Origin: an uncultured Desulfatitalea sp.
GTDB taxonomy: Bacteria; Desulfobacterota; Desulfobacteria; Desulfobacterales; Desulfosarcinaceae
Assembly: GCA_963668675.2 (NCBI GenBank)
Contig: CAXXMB010000002.1
Coordinates: 608,001-672,000 of the forward strand
DNA length: 64,000 nt
Reading direction: 5' to 3'
This document shows, one piece after another, positions 24,901 to 34,418 of this stretch (positions are counted from its first letter, which is position 1; every line of letters starts with the position of its first letter). The position numbers were made by a program, and so were the translations under genes. Under the pieces are notes generated by a model. That model made no database searches. It was not told the DNA's origin and saw only the letters and a list, made by a program, of their open reading frames with translations.

Positions 24901-26152
24901 CCACGGATAGGTTGATCTCGGCCTGCCCGGCACCATCTCCTTGCTGCCCAACAGTACCCTGGACGCGCACGCTCCCCTGCCAGACGCCGTCCCATGCAAC
25001 GCCGAGTGCCGGTATCTGCCGGGGCACCACATCACGCCCTCTAATATCGAGCTGGAGGGCCGCCGATTCAAGCCCCAACGCAGCATGCCGGAAAGAGCTG
25101 GGAAAGACAGGGCGCAAGTCCAACTGGCCGGAGAGCTCCAACGCTCCCCAACGATCATCCGTCGACAATCGAACAATCTCCACCACACGCCGATCCAGAA
25201 CGGCCTCAAGCGATAAGGATCGTAGGGAGGTTCCCCAACCGCCACCATCGGAGAGTGTCATCCGCAGCGCCGCACTGGGATCGTCAAGGTGGCCGTTCAG
25301 CGTAACCTCCCCCCTGGCTCTGCCATATAGCACCGCAGGCTGCGGCAGCCACTGCCGGAACGCTTCCAAATCGACATCGAAGTCCCCCACCAGTGCTGCC
25401 GCCGGATGGGGTTGATCCAGATCGAGGCGACCCTTGACCGTTAACTGCGATCCGGGCGTTTGTAGTGACACGTTGAGGGGTTGTGCTGCCGTTGGCCGGT
25501 AACGGGCCGACATGACGATGTCATGAACAGCTGTAACGGCTTCTTTCCGCTCAATCTCTGCATTGCCAATGGATACCCGAATATCGGCTGTACGTTGATG
25601 CAGGTCACCACTGGCCATAAGGCCGATCCCCTCGGCGTGTCCACGCCATCCCGCAGCCGGCCGCTCCAGGGAGAGCCTGCCGTTGGTGATGTTCAGGCTG
25701 TTCACGCGCAACTGCCAGCCAGCATCGCCTGCCGTATCCTCAGCATCCTGGTTGGCTTGCGAAGATACGATTTTAAGCAGGTTCAGTCGGTCCTGATGGT
25801 CGTATATGACTGCCAAAGCGGGATCTTCGATCTCCAGTGAGGAGAGGTGCACGGCCCGCCCCGCCAAGGCCAGCCAGCGCCATCGAACAGACAACTGCTT
25901 GATGCCGGCCACCTCGCTGCCGGCGGCATCGGTCAGTTGAATATCGGATAATCGAAGCCGGCCTGAGATGAAATTCACCCGGTGGTCGCCCACCGTCAGA
26001 TGGCCGTTAATCCTCTCATTGACTTTGCCGACCACCAATGTGCGACAAGCTGCGCTGTTGGCATAGATGGCAACGGCAGCCAGGGCTGCCATCCACAGCA
26101 GGCAAAAGATTGTGCCCGCAAAGAGCACTATGTTCCATTTTCGTTTGCGCAT
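21947..26152 (-). CDS. Translocation/assembly module TamB-like protein
   Basis: 1401 aa with an N-terminal TM anchor, long beta-rich repeats and a DUF490-like C-terminus. Adjacent to the Omp85 gene. Confidence 0.85.
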   Translation of the reverse strand: MRKRKWNIVLFAGTIFCLLWMAALAAVAIYANSAACRTLVVGKVNERINGHLTVGDHRVNFISGRLRLSDIQLTDAAGSEVAGIKQLSVRWRWLALAGRAVHLSSLEIEDPALAVIYDHQDRLNLLKIVSSQANQDAEDTAGDAGWQLRVNSLNITNGRLSLERPAAGWRGHAEGIGLMASGDLHQRTADIRVSIGNAEIERKEAVTAVHDIVMSARYRPTAAQPLNVSLQTPGSQLTVKGRLDLDQPHPAAALVGDFDVDLEAFRQWLPQPAVLYGRARGEVTLNGHLDDPSAALRMTLSDGGGWGTSLRSLSLEAVLDRRVVEIVRLSTDDRWGALELSGQLDLRPVFPSSFRHAALGLESAALQLDIRGRDVVPRQIPALGVAWDGVWQGSVRVQGTVGQQGDGAGQAEINLSVEKLKAAEAALASDGEFAAYLRWADRKIKIDSCQATLGDSTLQANGVIDWAARQLASSATLRLDRIDTLGQALGITLPSGRGILKLDAHGPWSRPEAHGALLTQDVAFGRWRFGRLLAEANMKPNGTIHFSRLVLENQGSYLEGKGELGVMDDGGRWLSDPAIDATFKLDQVTLSDFYEEQDVTLSINGKLHATGTIAHPQATLDLAPSSAAWKGIDARADGRILWDDGHLSVPGVNLSSGQSSIGVQGDLRLRSPEGGAWLSDPQVTAEVTSDALHLKDILPGLGGKIALHASLAGTFSTLSGAYLLEGRSLDLRYQKLDSVHLSGRLADKIVHLDRLAVAVAPGQELSGSGWYASDQRMEARLSIKGIALRHIEGLQKGGVVDGTLEGAIDASGTLAHPQVSAHMLIRQPEIYGHTWEDFRLNLSLLDQHLALDADLTFKLTANGYLDSGDFDLAADLDRTDLGPYLAVVADQHWKGRLTGRLQARGNWRQPKNIDAVLSLSDANLIYQEAELLSFERLEARLHNGSIDLPETRMKLMQDGHLKVAVNGHLAKSLSAKAGGRLPLAALDPFSDEIGNAAGNILFQIEGQGPWQRMRWQGDLTMEELKFLLIDMGQSVHGLNGKITISPELLSIDSISGKLDDGSFSLDGQVGLAGLRPEKVNLRFQAQALPLQWPDTMDAKIAADLTLKGDSRDALLDGRVVLLEGAYYKNLRLNLLSTITDPQRAEPVPSRWEAPEWMNNIRLAVTLTHRYPMLVDNNVARLEVAPDLKFSGTAARPILNGRAQVTDGEVIFRKKSFEVKRGVVDFVNPYKIEPSIDIQAETQIRKWQVRLSAEGTPENLKIALSSDPPESDANILSLILLGQTSTELSKNGGGGEATTGQMLAALAASAWGEDIKKGTGVDILEVETGAEADEESSDRIQVTVGKKLTSRLTVKYAVESKDNQLVQRAISEYRLLEHMSASGFQDTAGNYGGELLFRIEFR

Positions 26153-26319
26153 TGGCGGTCATCTTACGGCAAGGCCAGTGTCAGCTTCAAGTATTCATAC
26201 AAAATTAATTGATCAAGAGAGGCGGAATCGGCAGGAGAGCGGTTGAGGGGCCGTTCGCCGGCAAGCTCTAGACAGCAGACGTATTCCTTGGGAGGCCGGG
26301 CGTTGCAACTGTTTCATCG

Positions 26320-26361
26320 AAAAAAAGCCGGCAAGCTGCAGGATTCCCGCGGCTTGCCGGC
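26320..26361 (-). terminator. Rho-independent terminator of the etf operon
   Basis: Minus strand gccggcaagc...gcttgccggc followed by a T-run. Confidence 0.75.
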
Positions 26362-26394
26362 CCATTGGCTTCTATTGGATTGCGATAACGGTAG

Positions 26395-27354
26395 TTAGCC
26401 GAGCTTCTCCGTCAAAGCAGGCATGAACTCGAGAATGTCTTCCACGATACCGATGTCGGCCACCTGAAAAATGGGCGCTTTTGCATTCTTGTTCACTGCC
26501 ACGAGGAAAGGGGAACCTTTGATACCGCCCAAATGCTGGAACGAACCGCTGATACCCAGGGCCATGTATACTTTGGGTTTGACGGTCTTTCCGGAGGTAC
26601 CCACCTGACGAGATTTTTCCAGCCACTTGGCGTCCACGATGGGCCGCGAACAGCTGACCACAGCCCCCATGGCCTCGGCCAGCTCTTCGGCGATCTCGAT
26701 ATTGTCTTCATCTTCGATGCCGCGGCCAATGGAAACCAGTACATCCGATTTGGTGATGTCCACATCGCCGGCCTCGGCTTCGACAACTTCGAGGTAACGC
26801 CGTTTGGCGCTGAGGTCGCCAGCATCGCCGGACTTGTCGGTCACGCTGCCTGAGAGGGCGCCATCTTCGGGCTGAAAGCAACCCGGACGCAGGGTCAAAA
26901 CCGCACCGGCTGCCGTGTCGCAGGTAACGTGGGCATGAGCCATGCCGGCAAATTCCTGGCGGACGATCTTCATGGTTGCGCCGTCCATCCCGTCGATGTC
27001 GACCACGTCGGCGACGTAAGCGGAATCCAATTTAATGGAGAGACCGGGGGCAAGGTCCATTCCGAAGGTGTCGTGGGGGACCAGCACGATGCTCTCTTTG
27101 GGCAGCAGATTGGCCAGCGCCTTGCGGATGACCTCGGCGTTGGGATAGGCCAAATCGGCATTGTCGATCTTCCAAACCTGAGCATAGAGTTTTGCTGCGC
27201 CCTCACAGGCTTTATCCAAATCACCGCCGGAGCCGGTCACAATGGCCGTAACTTCTGCGGAGGCGTCAATTTTCTTGGCCGCCACAGCCAGTTCGGCGGC
27301 TGAGTCTTCGAGAACCCCACCTTTGTGAGCGATATAGGCAAATATCTGAGCCAT
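26395..27354 (-). CDS. etfA: Electron transfer flavoprotein alpha subunit
   Basis: GRG, SRPIVD, QVGTSGKTV and GISGSFQH. Confidence 0.95.
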   Translation of the reverse strand: MAQIFAYIAHKGGVLEDSAAELAVAAKKIDASAEVTAIVTGSGGDLDKACEGAAKLYAQVWKIDNADLAYPNAEVIRKALANLLPKESIVLVPHDTFGMDLAPGLSIKLDSAYVADVVDIDGMDGATMKIVRQEFAGMAHAHVTCDTAAGAVLTLRPGCFQPEDGALSGSVTDKSGDAGDLSAKRRYLEVVEAEAGDVDITKSDVLVSIGRGIEDEDNIEIAEELAEAMGAVVSCSRPIVDAKWLEKSRQVGTSGKTVKPKVYMALGISGSFQHLGGIKGSPFLVAVNKNAKAPIFQVADIGIVEDILEFMPALTEKLG

Positions 27355-28145
27355 TATTTCAACCCTCCTTTGGCTTTCAAAAGTTCAATCAGTTTGTCGA
27401 TTTTCTCTTCCATGCTGCCTTCTAGCATCTCTGCGCCTTCACCCATTTCCGGCGTGAAGTAGTCGACCCGTTTCACGGCAGCGCCGGCGGCGCCGATGCG
27501 GTCGGCGGCGACGCCCAGATCCCCGGCCCCATGGGTCGGGATTTCAACCGAAGCCACTTTGCGGATACCACGAATACCCACATAGCGCGGCTCGTTGATG
27601 CCGGTCTGGATGGAGAGCACGCAGGGCAGTTCGATCTCGTTCATCTCCTGATTGCCGCCCTCGATTTCGCGTCCAACCTTGATGGTTTTACCGTCGCTGA
27701 CGTCAACTTTATTGACGAGAGAGGCATAGGGCATATCCAGCATAGCGGCCAGCATGCCGCCCACCTGTGCCGCGCCGCCGTCGGCCTGGGCACCGGTGAG
27801 GATCAGATCGTAGTTTCCTTTTTCAACGATGGCTTTCAAGATGGTGGCAATGCCGCGTCCATCCGAATCTTCGAAAGCATCGTCGGACAGCAGAATGCCC
27901 TTGTCCGCGCCCATGGCCATCTGCCGGCGCAGGACCTCTTCGGACTCGTCGTCGCCGACGGTGACCACGGTCACAGATCCGCCCACGTTGTCCCGAATCT
28001 GAATGGCCTCTTCCGTGGCGTAGTTGTCCCACTCGTTGACCGAATATACCAGGTCATCACGTTCGATGTCGGTTCCGTCGCCTTTTATCTCAATTTCATT
28101 TTCGGCAGTATCCGGAACCCGTTTCACACATACCAGAATCTCCAT
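27354..28145 (-). CDS. etfB: Electron transfer flavoprotein beta subunit
   Basis: ILVCVKRVPD, AMGAD and INEPRY. Its stop overlaps the etfA start (TAATG). Confidence 0.95.
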   Translation of the reverse strand: MEILVCVKRVPDTAENEIEIKGDGTDIERDDLVYSVNEWDNYATEEAIQIRDNVGGSVTVVTVGDDESEEVLRRQMAMGADKGILLSDDAFEDSDGRGIATILKAIVEKGNYDLILTGAQADGGAAQVGGMLAAMLDMPYASLVNKVDVSDGKTIKVGREIEGGNQEMNEIELPCVLSIQTGINEPRYVGIRGIRKVASVEIPTHGAGDLGVAADRIGAAGAAVKRVDYFTPEMGEGAEMLEGSMEEKIDKLIELLKAKGGLK

Positions 28146-28287
28146 GTTTAATCCTCCCTGATCGAAATATGGTTCCCTTAAATCAAAACGTTATATTTTT
28201 TCGACGCCCCATGGGCATCTGTTATTCACCGTCGGGCCATAAGGACCATGGCCCGATATTTAAGAACAGGGCACGCCCGCATCCGGA

Positions 28288-30357
28288 TCAATCGGCAAGA
28301 TGAGCCGCCACCAGTTCAGACAAATCGATGGCTTCCATTTTACCTTCCAGACCGGCGACCTTGATTGCGTCTTCGATGTTGACCAGGCAGAAGGGGCAGG
28401 CCGTAACGATCACATTGGCACCAGCCTCCTCGGCCATCTGGACACGCAGAACGCCCATGCGTTGATCCTCTTCCGGTTCGTAAAAAAGCATCAAACCACC
28501 ACCGCCGCAGCAGAACGAGCGGTCGCGGCTGCGAAGCATATCGACCCGCTTTACACCCGGCAGCGCATCGATCAATTCACGCGGGTCTTCATAGATGGCG
28601 TTGTGGCGCCCTAAGTAACAGGGATCATGGTAGGTGTAAACCTTGTTGCCATTTTCGGCAGGCTTGAACGACAGCGTCCCCTTGCGGACCTGTTTGAGCA
28701 AGAACTGACTGATGTGTTCGACCGGCGGCAACCCCTCATAATCGTTTTTCAGTGCGTTGAGCGCGTGGGGATCCGTAGTGATTATTTTGGCCACACCAGA
28801 CGCTTTAATCATTTCAGTATTGTGCTCACGCAGGTCCTGGAATAGCATCTCTTCACCGAACCGGCGAACCTCGTTGCCGCTGTCTTTCTCTCCCTTACCC
28901 AGGATACCGAAATCAACGCCGGCCGAATGTAGCAACCTGGCCGTGGCCTGGCCGATGGACTGCATGCGATCGTCAAACGAGGTGATGCTGTCCACAAAGT
29001 AGAGTACTTCGGCCTCATCCTTGCCGCCGTTTAGATCCTTCACCGTTATGGACTCATCCAGCTCCTTGGTCCAATCGGCGCGCTTCTTCTCCATCTTGCC
29101 CCAGGGGTTTCCACGTTTTTCAAGAGCACTCAGCGGTTTCTGCAGCGATTGGGGCACCATTCCTTCGTCCACCATTCCGCGACGCAAGTCGACGATCTTG
29201 TCGATGTATTCGATACCAACCGGACACTCCTGCTCGCAGGCGCCGCAGGTGGTGCAGGACCAGATCTCATCCTCCGAATAGGTCGTACCGATCAAGTCAT
29301 CACCATTGCTCTTGGGCTCCCCCCAAACGGGGTACTTGGCGAACAGCAGGTTGCGCCCTTTGATCGAAATAAACCGGGGTGACAGGGGACGTCCCACGGC
29401 ATTGGCCGGGCAGTTGTCCGAGCAGCGCCCGCAATCCACACACGAGTAAAAGTGCAGCATATGCCGCCATGTAAAATCTTCCAGTTTCTTGACACCGAAA
29501 GACTCCAGGTCGTCCAACTGTTCGTTGCTGACGCCATATTTAACCGGCTTGACGTTGCCGCGTTGGACCCGCATCAGGAAGACATTGAATATCGACGTAA
29601 TGACATGGAAATGCTTGCCGAACGGCAGAAAGCAGAGAAAGAAGAAGAAGGTCACATCATGCACAAAATAGGAGGCGGAGTGGACGAATTGCAGCAGGCC
29701 TTTGGGCGCGGCTGCCAGCAGGTGCTGGGAGATCCAGGCCAGCGTAAACGGGGCCAGCGTGTGGGCCTCCATCCCGAGCTGCTTCTGGGCGGCCACCAGA
29801 CTGCCTTCGAAAAACCCCTCGGCCAGTACCAGGGTGGAAATGAGTCCCAGTACGAAAATCGCCTCTGCCGTGTGCGGCTTGCCATACTTGGCCGGTACGG
29901 CATAACGCGCCGGTTTGATGATCCCACGGCGATACATGGCCCAAACGGCCACGACCAGCACCCAGGTTGCGGCATAGGATCGGATGACCCCGTAAATCGC
30001 GCCGATGGTGCCATCCATTCCGGGCAGATGAAATCCCTCTTTAATGCCCACAAACATCAATTCGGTTGAACGCAGACCAAGAATAAGAAAACCGGAAAAA
30101 AGCAGGATGTGTAAAATACCAGCCGTCCTGTAACGCGGATGGCGGTATTGAAGGAGCCAGATTTTAATGACTTTGAAGACGCGCTGCGGCAATTCATTGA
30201 TCGGTTTGTCGGGGGCAGCCAAAATCAACGGCTTGAGACGCATCACGATGATATAGATGAAAAGGGTGATACCGACCACGGGAATGATGGTGTAAATGAG
30301 CCATGCGGGGATGAACAGAAAAGAGCCGCTAGCTGGTGGAATCAATGCGAAATCCAT
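28288..30357 (-). CDS. Membrane-bound Fe-S/CCG oxidoreductase (FadF/DUF224 type; probable ETF:menaquinone oxidoreductase)
   Basis: N-terminal TM domain with His residues, two CxxCxxCxxxCP motifs and CCG domain (HDPC, CCGGGGG, TACPFC). Directly upstream of etfBA. Confidence 0.88.
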   Translation of the reverse strand: MDFALIPPASGSFLFIPAWLIYTIIPVVGITLFIYIIVMRLKPLILAAPDKPINELPQRVFKVIKIWLLQYRHPRYRTAGILHILLFSGFLILGLRSTELMFVGIKEGFHLPGMDGTIGAIYGVIRSYAATWVLVVAVWAMYRRGIIKPARYAVPAKYGKPHTAEAIFVLGLISTLVLAEGFFEGSLVAAQKQLGMEAHTLAPFTLAWISQHLLAAAPKGLLQFVHSASYFVHDVTFFFFLCFLPFGKHFHVITSIFNVFLMRVQRGNVKPVKYGVSNEQLDDLESFGVKKLEDFTWRHMLHFYSCVDCGRCSDNCPANAVGRPLSPRFISIKGRNLLFAKYPVWGEPKSNGDDLIGTTYSEDEIWSCTTCGACEQECPVGIEYIDKIVDLRRGMVDEGMVPQSLQKPLSALEKRGNPWGKMEKKRADWTKELDESITVKDLNGGKDEAEVLYFVDSITSFDDRMQSIGQATARLLHSAGVDFGILGKGEKDSGNEVRRFGEEMLFQDLREHNTEMIKASGVAKIITTDPHALNALKNDYEGLPPVEHISQFLLKQVRKGTLSFKPAENGNKVYTYHDPCYLGRHNAIYEDPRELIDALPGVKRVDMLRSRDRSFCCGGGGLMLFYEPEEDQRMGVLRVQMAEEAGANVIVTACPFCLVNIEDAIKVAGLEGKMEAIDLSELVAAHLAD

Positions 30358-30400
30358 TGTTCGTCTATCTCCTTCTAATGAAATGATCTTCTAATTCGAA

Positions 30401-30418
30401 TGAATGAAGACTCATTCA
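30401..30418. promoter_or_regulatory. TetR (FadR-box-like) operator overlapping the promoter of the Fe-S oxidoreductase-etfBA operon
   Basis: Palindrome TGAATGA-agac-TCATTCA, with TTGACA on the minus strand at 30445-30440. Confidence 0.75.
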
Positions 30419-30722
30419 TCTACTAATACAGGCCTTTGCTGTCAAGCAAAAAAAGGGCTGTAAATCCGATCATCTCACCTCACCATCACCCGATGAAGGC
30501 AAACCTCACAGGCCATTATGACACTTTTTTATTCTGTTTTTTAATGCAACACAAAAGCCTTGCGTGGTGAGAAGGACAATGGCGAAGACCCGAATGATTC
30601 TTGACAATACGGAGGATTCGCCATTACAAAACCTATTTATGATCGACCCGATTCACCCCCCCTAAAATTGCGGATATCATAAAGCGTGTTTCCATCCATC
30701 CAAAACTGACAAGGAGGTACAT

Positions 30723-32417
30723 GTGACAGCGACAGTGACCTATCAGGACAAACCCTGGTTGAAGCACTATCAACCCGGCGTTCCGGACGCACCCGACTAC
30801 GAAAACCTCTGTCTTCCCGATTTCCTGGATCGAACCGTCTCCCGCTTTCCCAACAAGATGGCACTCTATTTCGAGGGGTATAAACTCAATTATAGGCAAC
30901 TCAAGGATATGGTGGACCGGTTTGCCACCTGCCTGCACAATTTCGGCATACGCAAGGGCGATGCCGTGGCCATTCTGCTGCCCAATGTGATCCCGTGCGT
31001 CGCCGCCTATTACGCCATCCACCGCGTCGGCGGCATCGCGGTGATGAACAATCCACTCTACTCCGACCGGGAACTCGAACATCAGTTGAACGATTCTGGC
31101 TCAAAAGTGCTCATTACGATAGATCTGTTGACCAACCGCATGGTCAACTTACGGCCCAAAACCGGGATCAAGCAGATCATCTACACCAGCATTGGCGACT
31201 ACCTGCCTTTCCCCAAAAGCCTGCTCTTTCCCCTGGTGGGAAAAAAGAAGGGGTTAATGGCCGATGTGGCACCGGCTGACGAGCTTTACCGCTGGAAAGA
31301 CCTGATCGCCAAAAACCAGCCCGCGCCACCCAAGGTCGAGCTCTCCTTCGACGATGTGGCCATGTACCAGTACACAGGCGGCACAACGGGTGTCAGCAAA
31401 GGAGCCATGCTGACCCACGGCAACTTGAGCAAGCAGGTCCAGCAGGTGGCGGCCTGGTTCCCGCACATCGACGATGACAACGTGGCCATGGGAGCGCTGC
31501 CATTTTTCCATGTTTTCGGGCTGAGCAATGTCATGAACACTGCTGTCTACTATGGATGGAGCATCATCCTGATCCCCAAACCCCAGCCGGACCAACTGAT
31601 CGAATCGATCAAAAAGACCAAACCGTCGTTTGCCGCCCTGGTGCCCACCATGTATATCGGCATACTGCAGCACCCTGAAGCCGACAGTATCGACATGAGC
31701 ACCATCGACAATATGTTCTCAGGCAGCGCACCGCTGCCCGTTGAAGTGATCAAGGAGTTCGAGAACCGCACCAAGGGCATCATTGTAGAGGGCTATGGTC
31801 TGACGGAAAGCTCACCCACAACGCACATCAACCCCTGTGGAGAAGGCAGCCTGCGCAAAGTCGGCAGCATCGGCCTCCCTGTCTGCGATACCGAGTGCCG
31901 TATCGTGGATCTGAATGATGGCAAAACAGACATGCTGGTGGGTGAAAGCGGTGAACTGCTCATCAGAGGTCCCCAGGTGATGAAGGGCTATCTGAACCGC
32001 GAGGAGGCAACGGCCGAAACCCTTGCCGACGGCTGGCTGCACACCGGCGACATCGCAACCATGGATGAAGACGGCTACTTCTACATCATCGACCGCAAGA
32101 AGGACATGGTCATCTCGGGCGGATACAACATCTACCCCCGGGATATCGAAGAGGTCTACTTCGAACATCCCAAGGTTGTCGAAGCCACAGCCATCGGCGT
32201 GCCCCACCCAAAACGCGGTGAAACCGTCAAGGTGTTCATCGTGCTCAAAGAGGGCGAAACGGCTACCCAAGAGGAGATGATCGCTTACTGCGGCGACAAG
32301 CTGGCCAAGTATAAATGGCCCACGGAAATTGAATTCCGCAAAGAGCTGCCCAAGACCAATGTGGGCAAAGTGTTGCGCAAAGATTTGCGTGAGGAAGAGT
32401 TGAAGAGCAGAAAGTAA
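30723..32417 (+). CDS. fadD: Long-chain fatty acid-CoA ligase
   Basis: YTGGTTGVSKG, EGYGLTE, GWLHTGD and PKTNVGK. GTG start after AAGGAGG. Confidence 0.92.
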   Translation: MTATVTYQDKPWLKHYQPGVPDAPDYENLCLPDFLDRTVSRFPNKMALYFEGYKLNYRQLKDMVDRFATCLHNFGIRKGDAVAILLPNVIPCVAAYYAIHRVGGIAVMNNPLYSDRELEHQLNDSGSKVLITIDLLTNRMVNLRPKTGIKQIIYTSIGDYLPFPKSLLFPLVGKKKGLMADVAPADELYRWKDLIAKNQPAPPKVELSFDDVAMYQYTGGTTGVSKGAMLTHGNLSKQVQQVAAWFPHIDDDNVAMGALPFFHVFGLSNVMNTAVYYGWSIILIPKPQPDQLIESIKKTKPSFAALVPTMYIGILQHPEADSIDMSTIDNMFSGSAPLPVEVIKEFENRTKGIIVEGYGLTESSPTTHINPCGEGSLRKVGSIGLPVCDTECRIVDLNDGKTDMLVGESGELLIRGPQVMKGYLNREEATAETLADGWLHTGDIATMDEDGYFYIIDRKKDMVISGGYNIYPRDIEEVYFEHPKVVEATAIGVPHPKRGETVKVFIVLKEGETATQEEMIAYCGDKLAKYKWPTEIEFRKELPKTNVGKVLRKDLREEELKSRK

Positions 32418-32455
32418 ATCAGTTCGCAGACCTTACTATACAGAGCACAATGTAC

Positions 32456-32489
32456 ACGGCCGCCTCACTTCCGGGCGGCCGTTATTTTT
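32456..32489 (+). terminator. Terminator of fadD
   Basis: acggccgcc...ggcggccgt followed by tattttt. Confidence 0.65.
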
Positions 32490-32509
32490 CGGGTGTTTAG
32501 GCCGAAAAG

Positions 32510-32541
32510 AACCGGAGATGCCGCCGGCATCTCCGGTTTTT
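32510..32541. terminator. Hairpin downstream of the acyl-CoA dehydrogenase gene
   Basis: aaccggagatgcc-gcc-ggcatctccggtt. Confidence 0.65.
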
Positions 32542-32578
32542 AACTTCCTCTTTGCTCAAAATGTGATGAAACCGAGTG

Positions 32579-34393
32579 CTATTTACCGCCGAAGCTATCG
32601 TCGTCGATCTCTATGGCGGAACAGCAGGCGCCCATAATGGTTTCGATCTTTCCGTTGGTCAGCGGCAGGATGTTGCCGACAAAGAACTCGGCCGATTTGA
32701 TCTGGCCTTCCAGGAATTTCTGATCTTTCTTCTTGGCACCCTTTTCCAACTGCTGGGATGCAAGGTTGGCACGCCACAGCAGCATCCATGCCATTACCAG
32801 ATCGCCGGAAGCTTCCATGAAAGTGTAAGAAAATGCCAGGGCATTCGCGATCTGACCTTCCATCATGGCCTTGCCAAGATGCATGGCCGCATCGCCCAAA
32901 CGCTTGGCAATGGCCCCGGTCTTTTCAGCCAGGGGCTTGAGCGCTTCAATCCCCTTGGCGGTGTCGAGGGTTTTCTGAAGTTCGCCCATCATCGCCATCA
33001 TGGCTTTGCCGCCGTCCATGACCGTCTTGCGCCCCAGGTAGTCCAGTGCCTGGATACCGTTGGTGCCTTCGTAGATCTGGGTGATGCGAATATCACGAAC
33101 CAGCTGCTCCACGGGATACTCTTTGATGTAACCGTAGCCACCGTAAATCTGCACACCGAGGTTGGCCACATCGAAAGAGCGGTCGCTGATGTAGCCCTTG
33201 CAAATGGGGGTCAGGAAGCCGATCAGGGCCTCATATTGGTCCTTCTCTTCCTTATCCTTGGCCAGATGGGACTGGTCGATCAGTTTGGATACGTAATAGA
33301 GCAGGCTGCGCATGCCTTCCACATAGGATTTCATGGTAATGAGCATGCGGCGCACGTCCGGATGGTTGATGATCGGCACGGCCGGAGCATCTTTTTCAAA
33401 TGCGTCGGCCCGGCGGAACTGCACGCGCTCGCGGGCGTAGTTCAAGGCATAGAGGTAAGAGGCGCTGGCGTCGGCAAAGGCCGATGCGCCGGTGTGCAGG
33501 CGTGCGCCGTTCATCATCTGGAACATGGCGCGCATGCCCTTGTTCTCTTCACCAAGCAGATAGCCGCGGCATTTACCCTTGCCACCCAGGGTCAGTGAGG
33601 CGGTGGCGTTGCCATGGATGCCCATTTTCTCTTCGATGCCGGTGCACACCACGTCATTGGGTTCGCCCAACGTACCGTCGTCGTTGACCCATATTTTGGG
33701 AACCAGGAACAGAGAGATGCCCTTTGTCCCGGCCGGTGCGCCTTCGATGCGGGCCAAGGTCGGGTGGATAATGTTGTCGGCCAGATCGTGTTCGCCGGCC
33801 GAGATGAAGATTTTGTTGCCGCTGATCGAGTAGGTGCCGTCATCGTTTTTCACGGCAGTGGTGGTCAGGGCGCCTACGTCGGAACCGGCTTCCGGTTCAG
33901 TGAGCAGCATGGTGCCGGTCCATTCGCCGGTATTCATTTTCTCCAGAAACAGTTTCTTCAGTTTCTCGGTACCGAAATTTTGAACCAGCCCGGCGGCGCC
34001 GTTGGTCAAACCAGCGTACATCATAAAAGAGAAATTGGCGGCAGAAAAGTACTCACCAGTGGCAATACCCACCGAATGCGGCATGCCCTGTCCGCCCCAT
34101 TCAGCCGGCATGGTCGTGCCGACCCATTCGCCCTCTTTCAAAAGCTCCCAGGCGCGTTTGTAACTTTCCGGCGTGGTTACCTCGCCGTTGTTAAACTGGG
34201 CGCCGATCTCATCTCCATCCTTCTGGGTCGGCAGAATCTCTTTTATTGCCAGATTGCGCGCTTCGGTAACGATCATTTCGATGGTTTTACGGTTGAACTC
34301 GGCGTACTCCTCCGCTTTGCTGAGCGCGTCGACGTTCATCTGGTCGAAAAGAACAAAATCGACATCTCTGCGATCCGATAATACCTGTGCCAT
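32579..34393 (-). CDS. Acyl-CoA dehydrogenase (long, ~600-aa type)
   Basis: TMLLTEPEAGSD, GNKIFIS, KMGIHG, GGYGYIKEY and IYEGTNGIQ. Confidence 0.94.
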   Translation of the reverse strand: MAQVLSDRRDVDFVLFDQMNVDALSKAEEYAEFNRKTIEMIVTEARNLAIKEILPTQKDGDEIGAQFNNGEVTTPESYKRAWELLKEGEWVGTTMPAEWGGQGMPHSVGIATGEYFSAANFSFMMYAGLTNGAAGLVQNFGTEKLKKLFLEKMNTGEWTGTMLLTEPEAGSDVGALTTTAVKNDDGTYSISGNKIFISAGEHDLADNIIHPTLARIEGAPAGTKGISLFLVPKIWVNDDGTLGEPNDVVCTGIEEKMGIHGNATASLTLGGKGKCRGYLLGEENKGMRAMFQMMNGARLHTGASAFADASASYLYALNYARERVQFRRADAFEKDAPAVPIINHPDVRRMLITMKSYVEGMRSLLYYVSKLIDQSHLAKDKEEKDQYEALIGFLTPICKGYISDRSFDVANLGVQIYGGYGYIKEYPVEQLVRDIRITQIYEGTNGIQALDYLGRKTVMDGGKAMMAMMGELQKTLDTAKGIEALKPLAEKTGAIAKRLGDAAMHLGKAMMEGQIANALAFSYTFMEASGDLVMAWMLLWRANLASQQLEKGAKKKDQKFLEGQIKSAEFFVGNILPLTNGKIETIMGACCSAIEIDDDSFGGK

Positions 34394-34418
34394 TGAAAAC
34401 TCTCCTTCCTTAACTATG

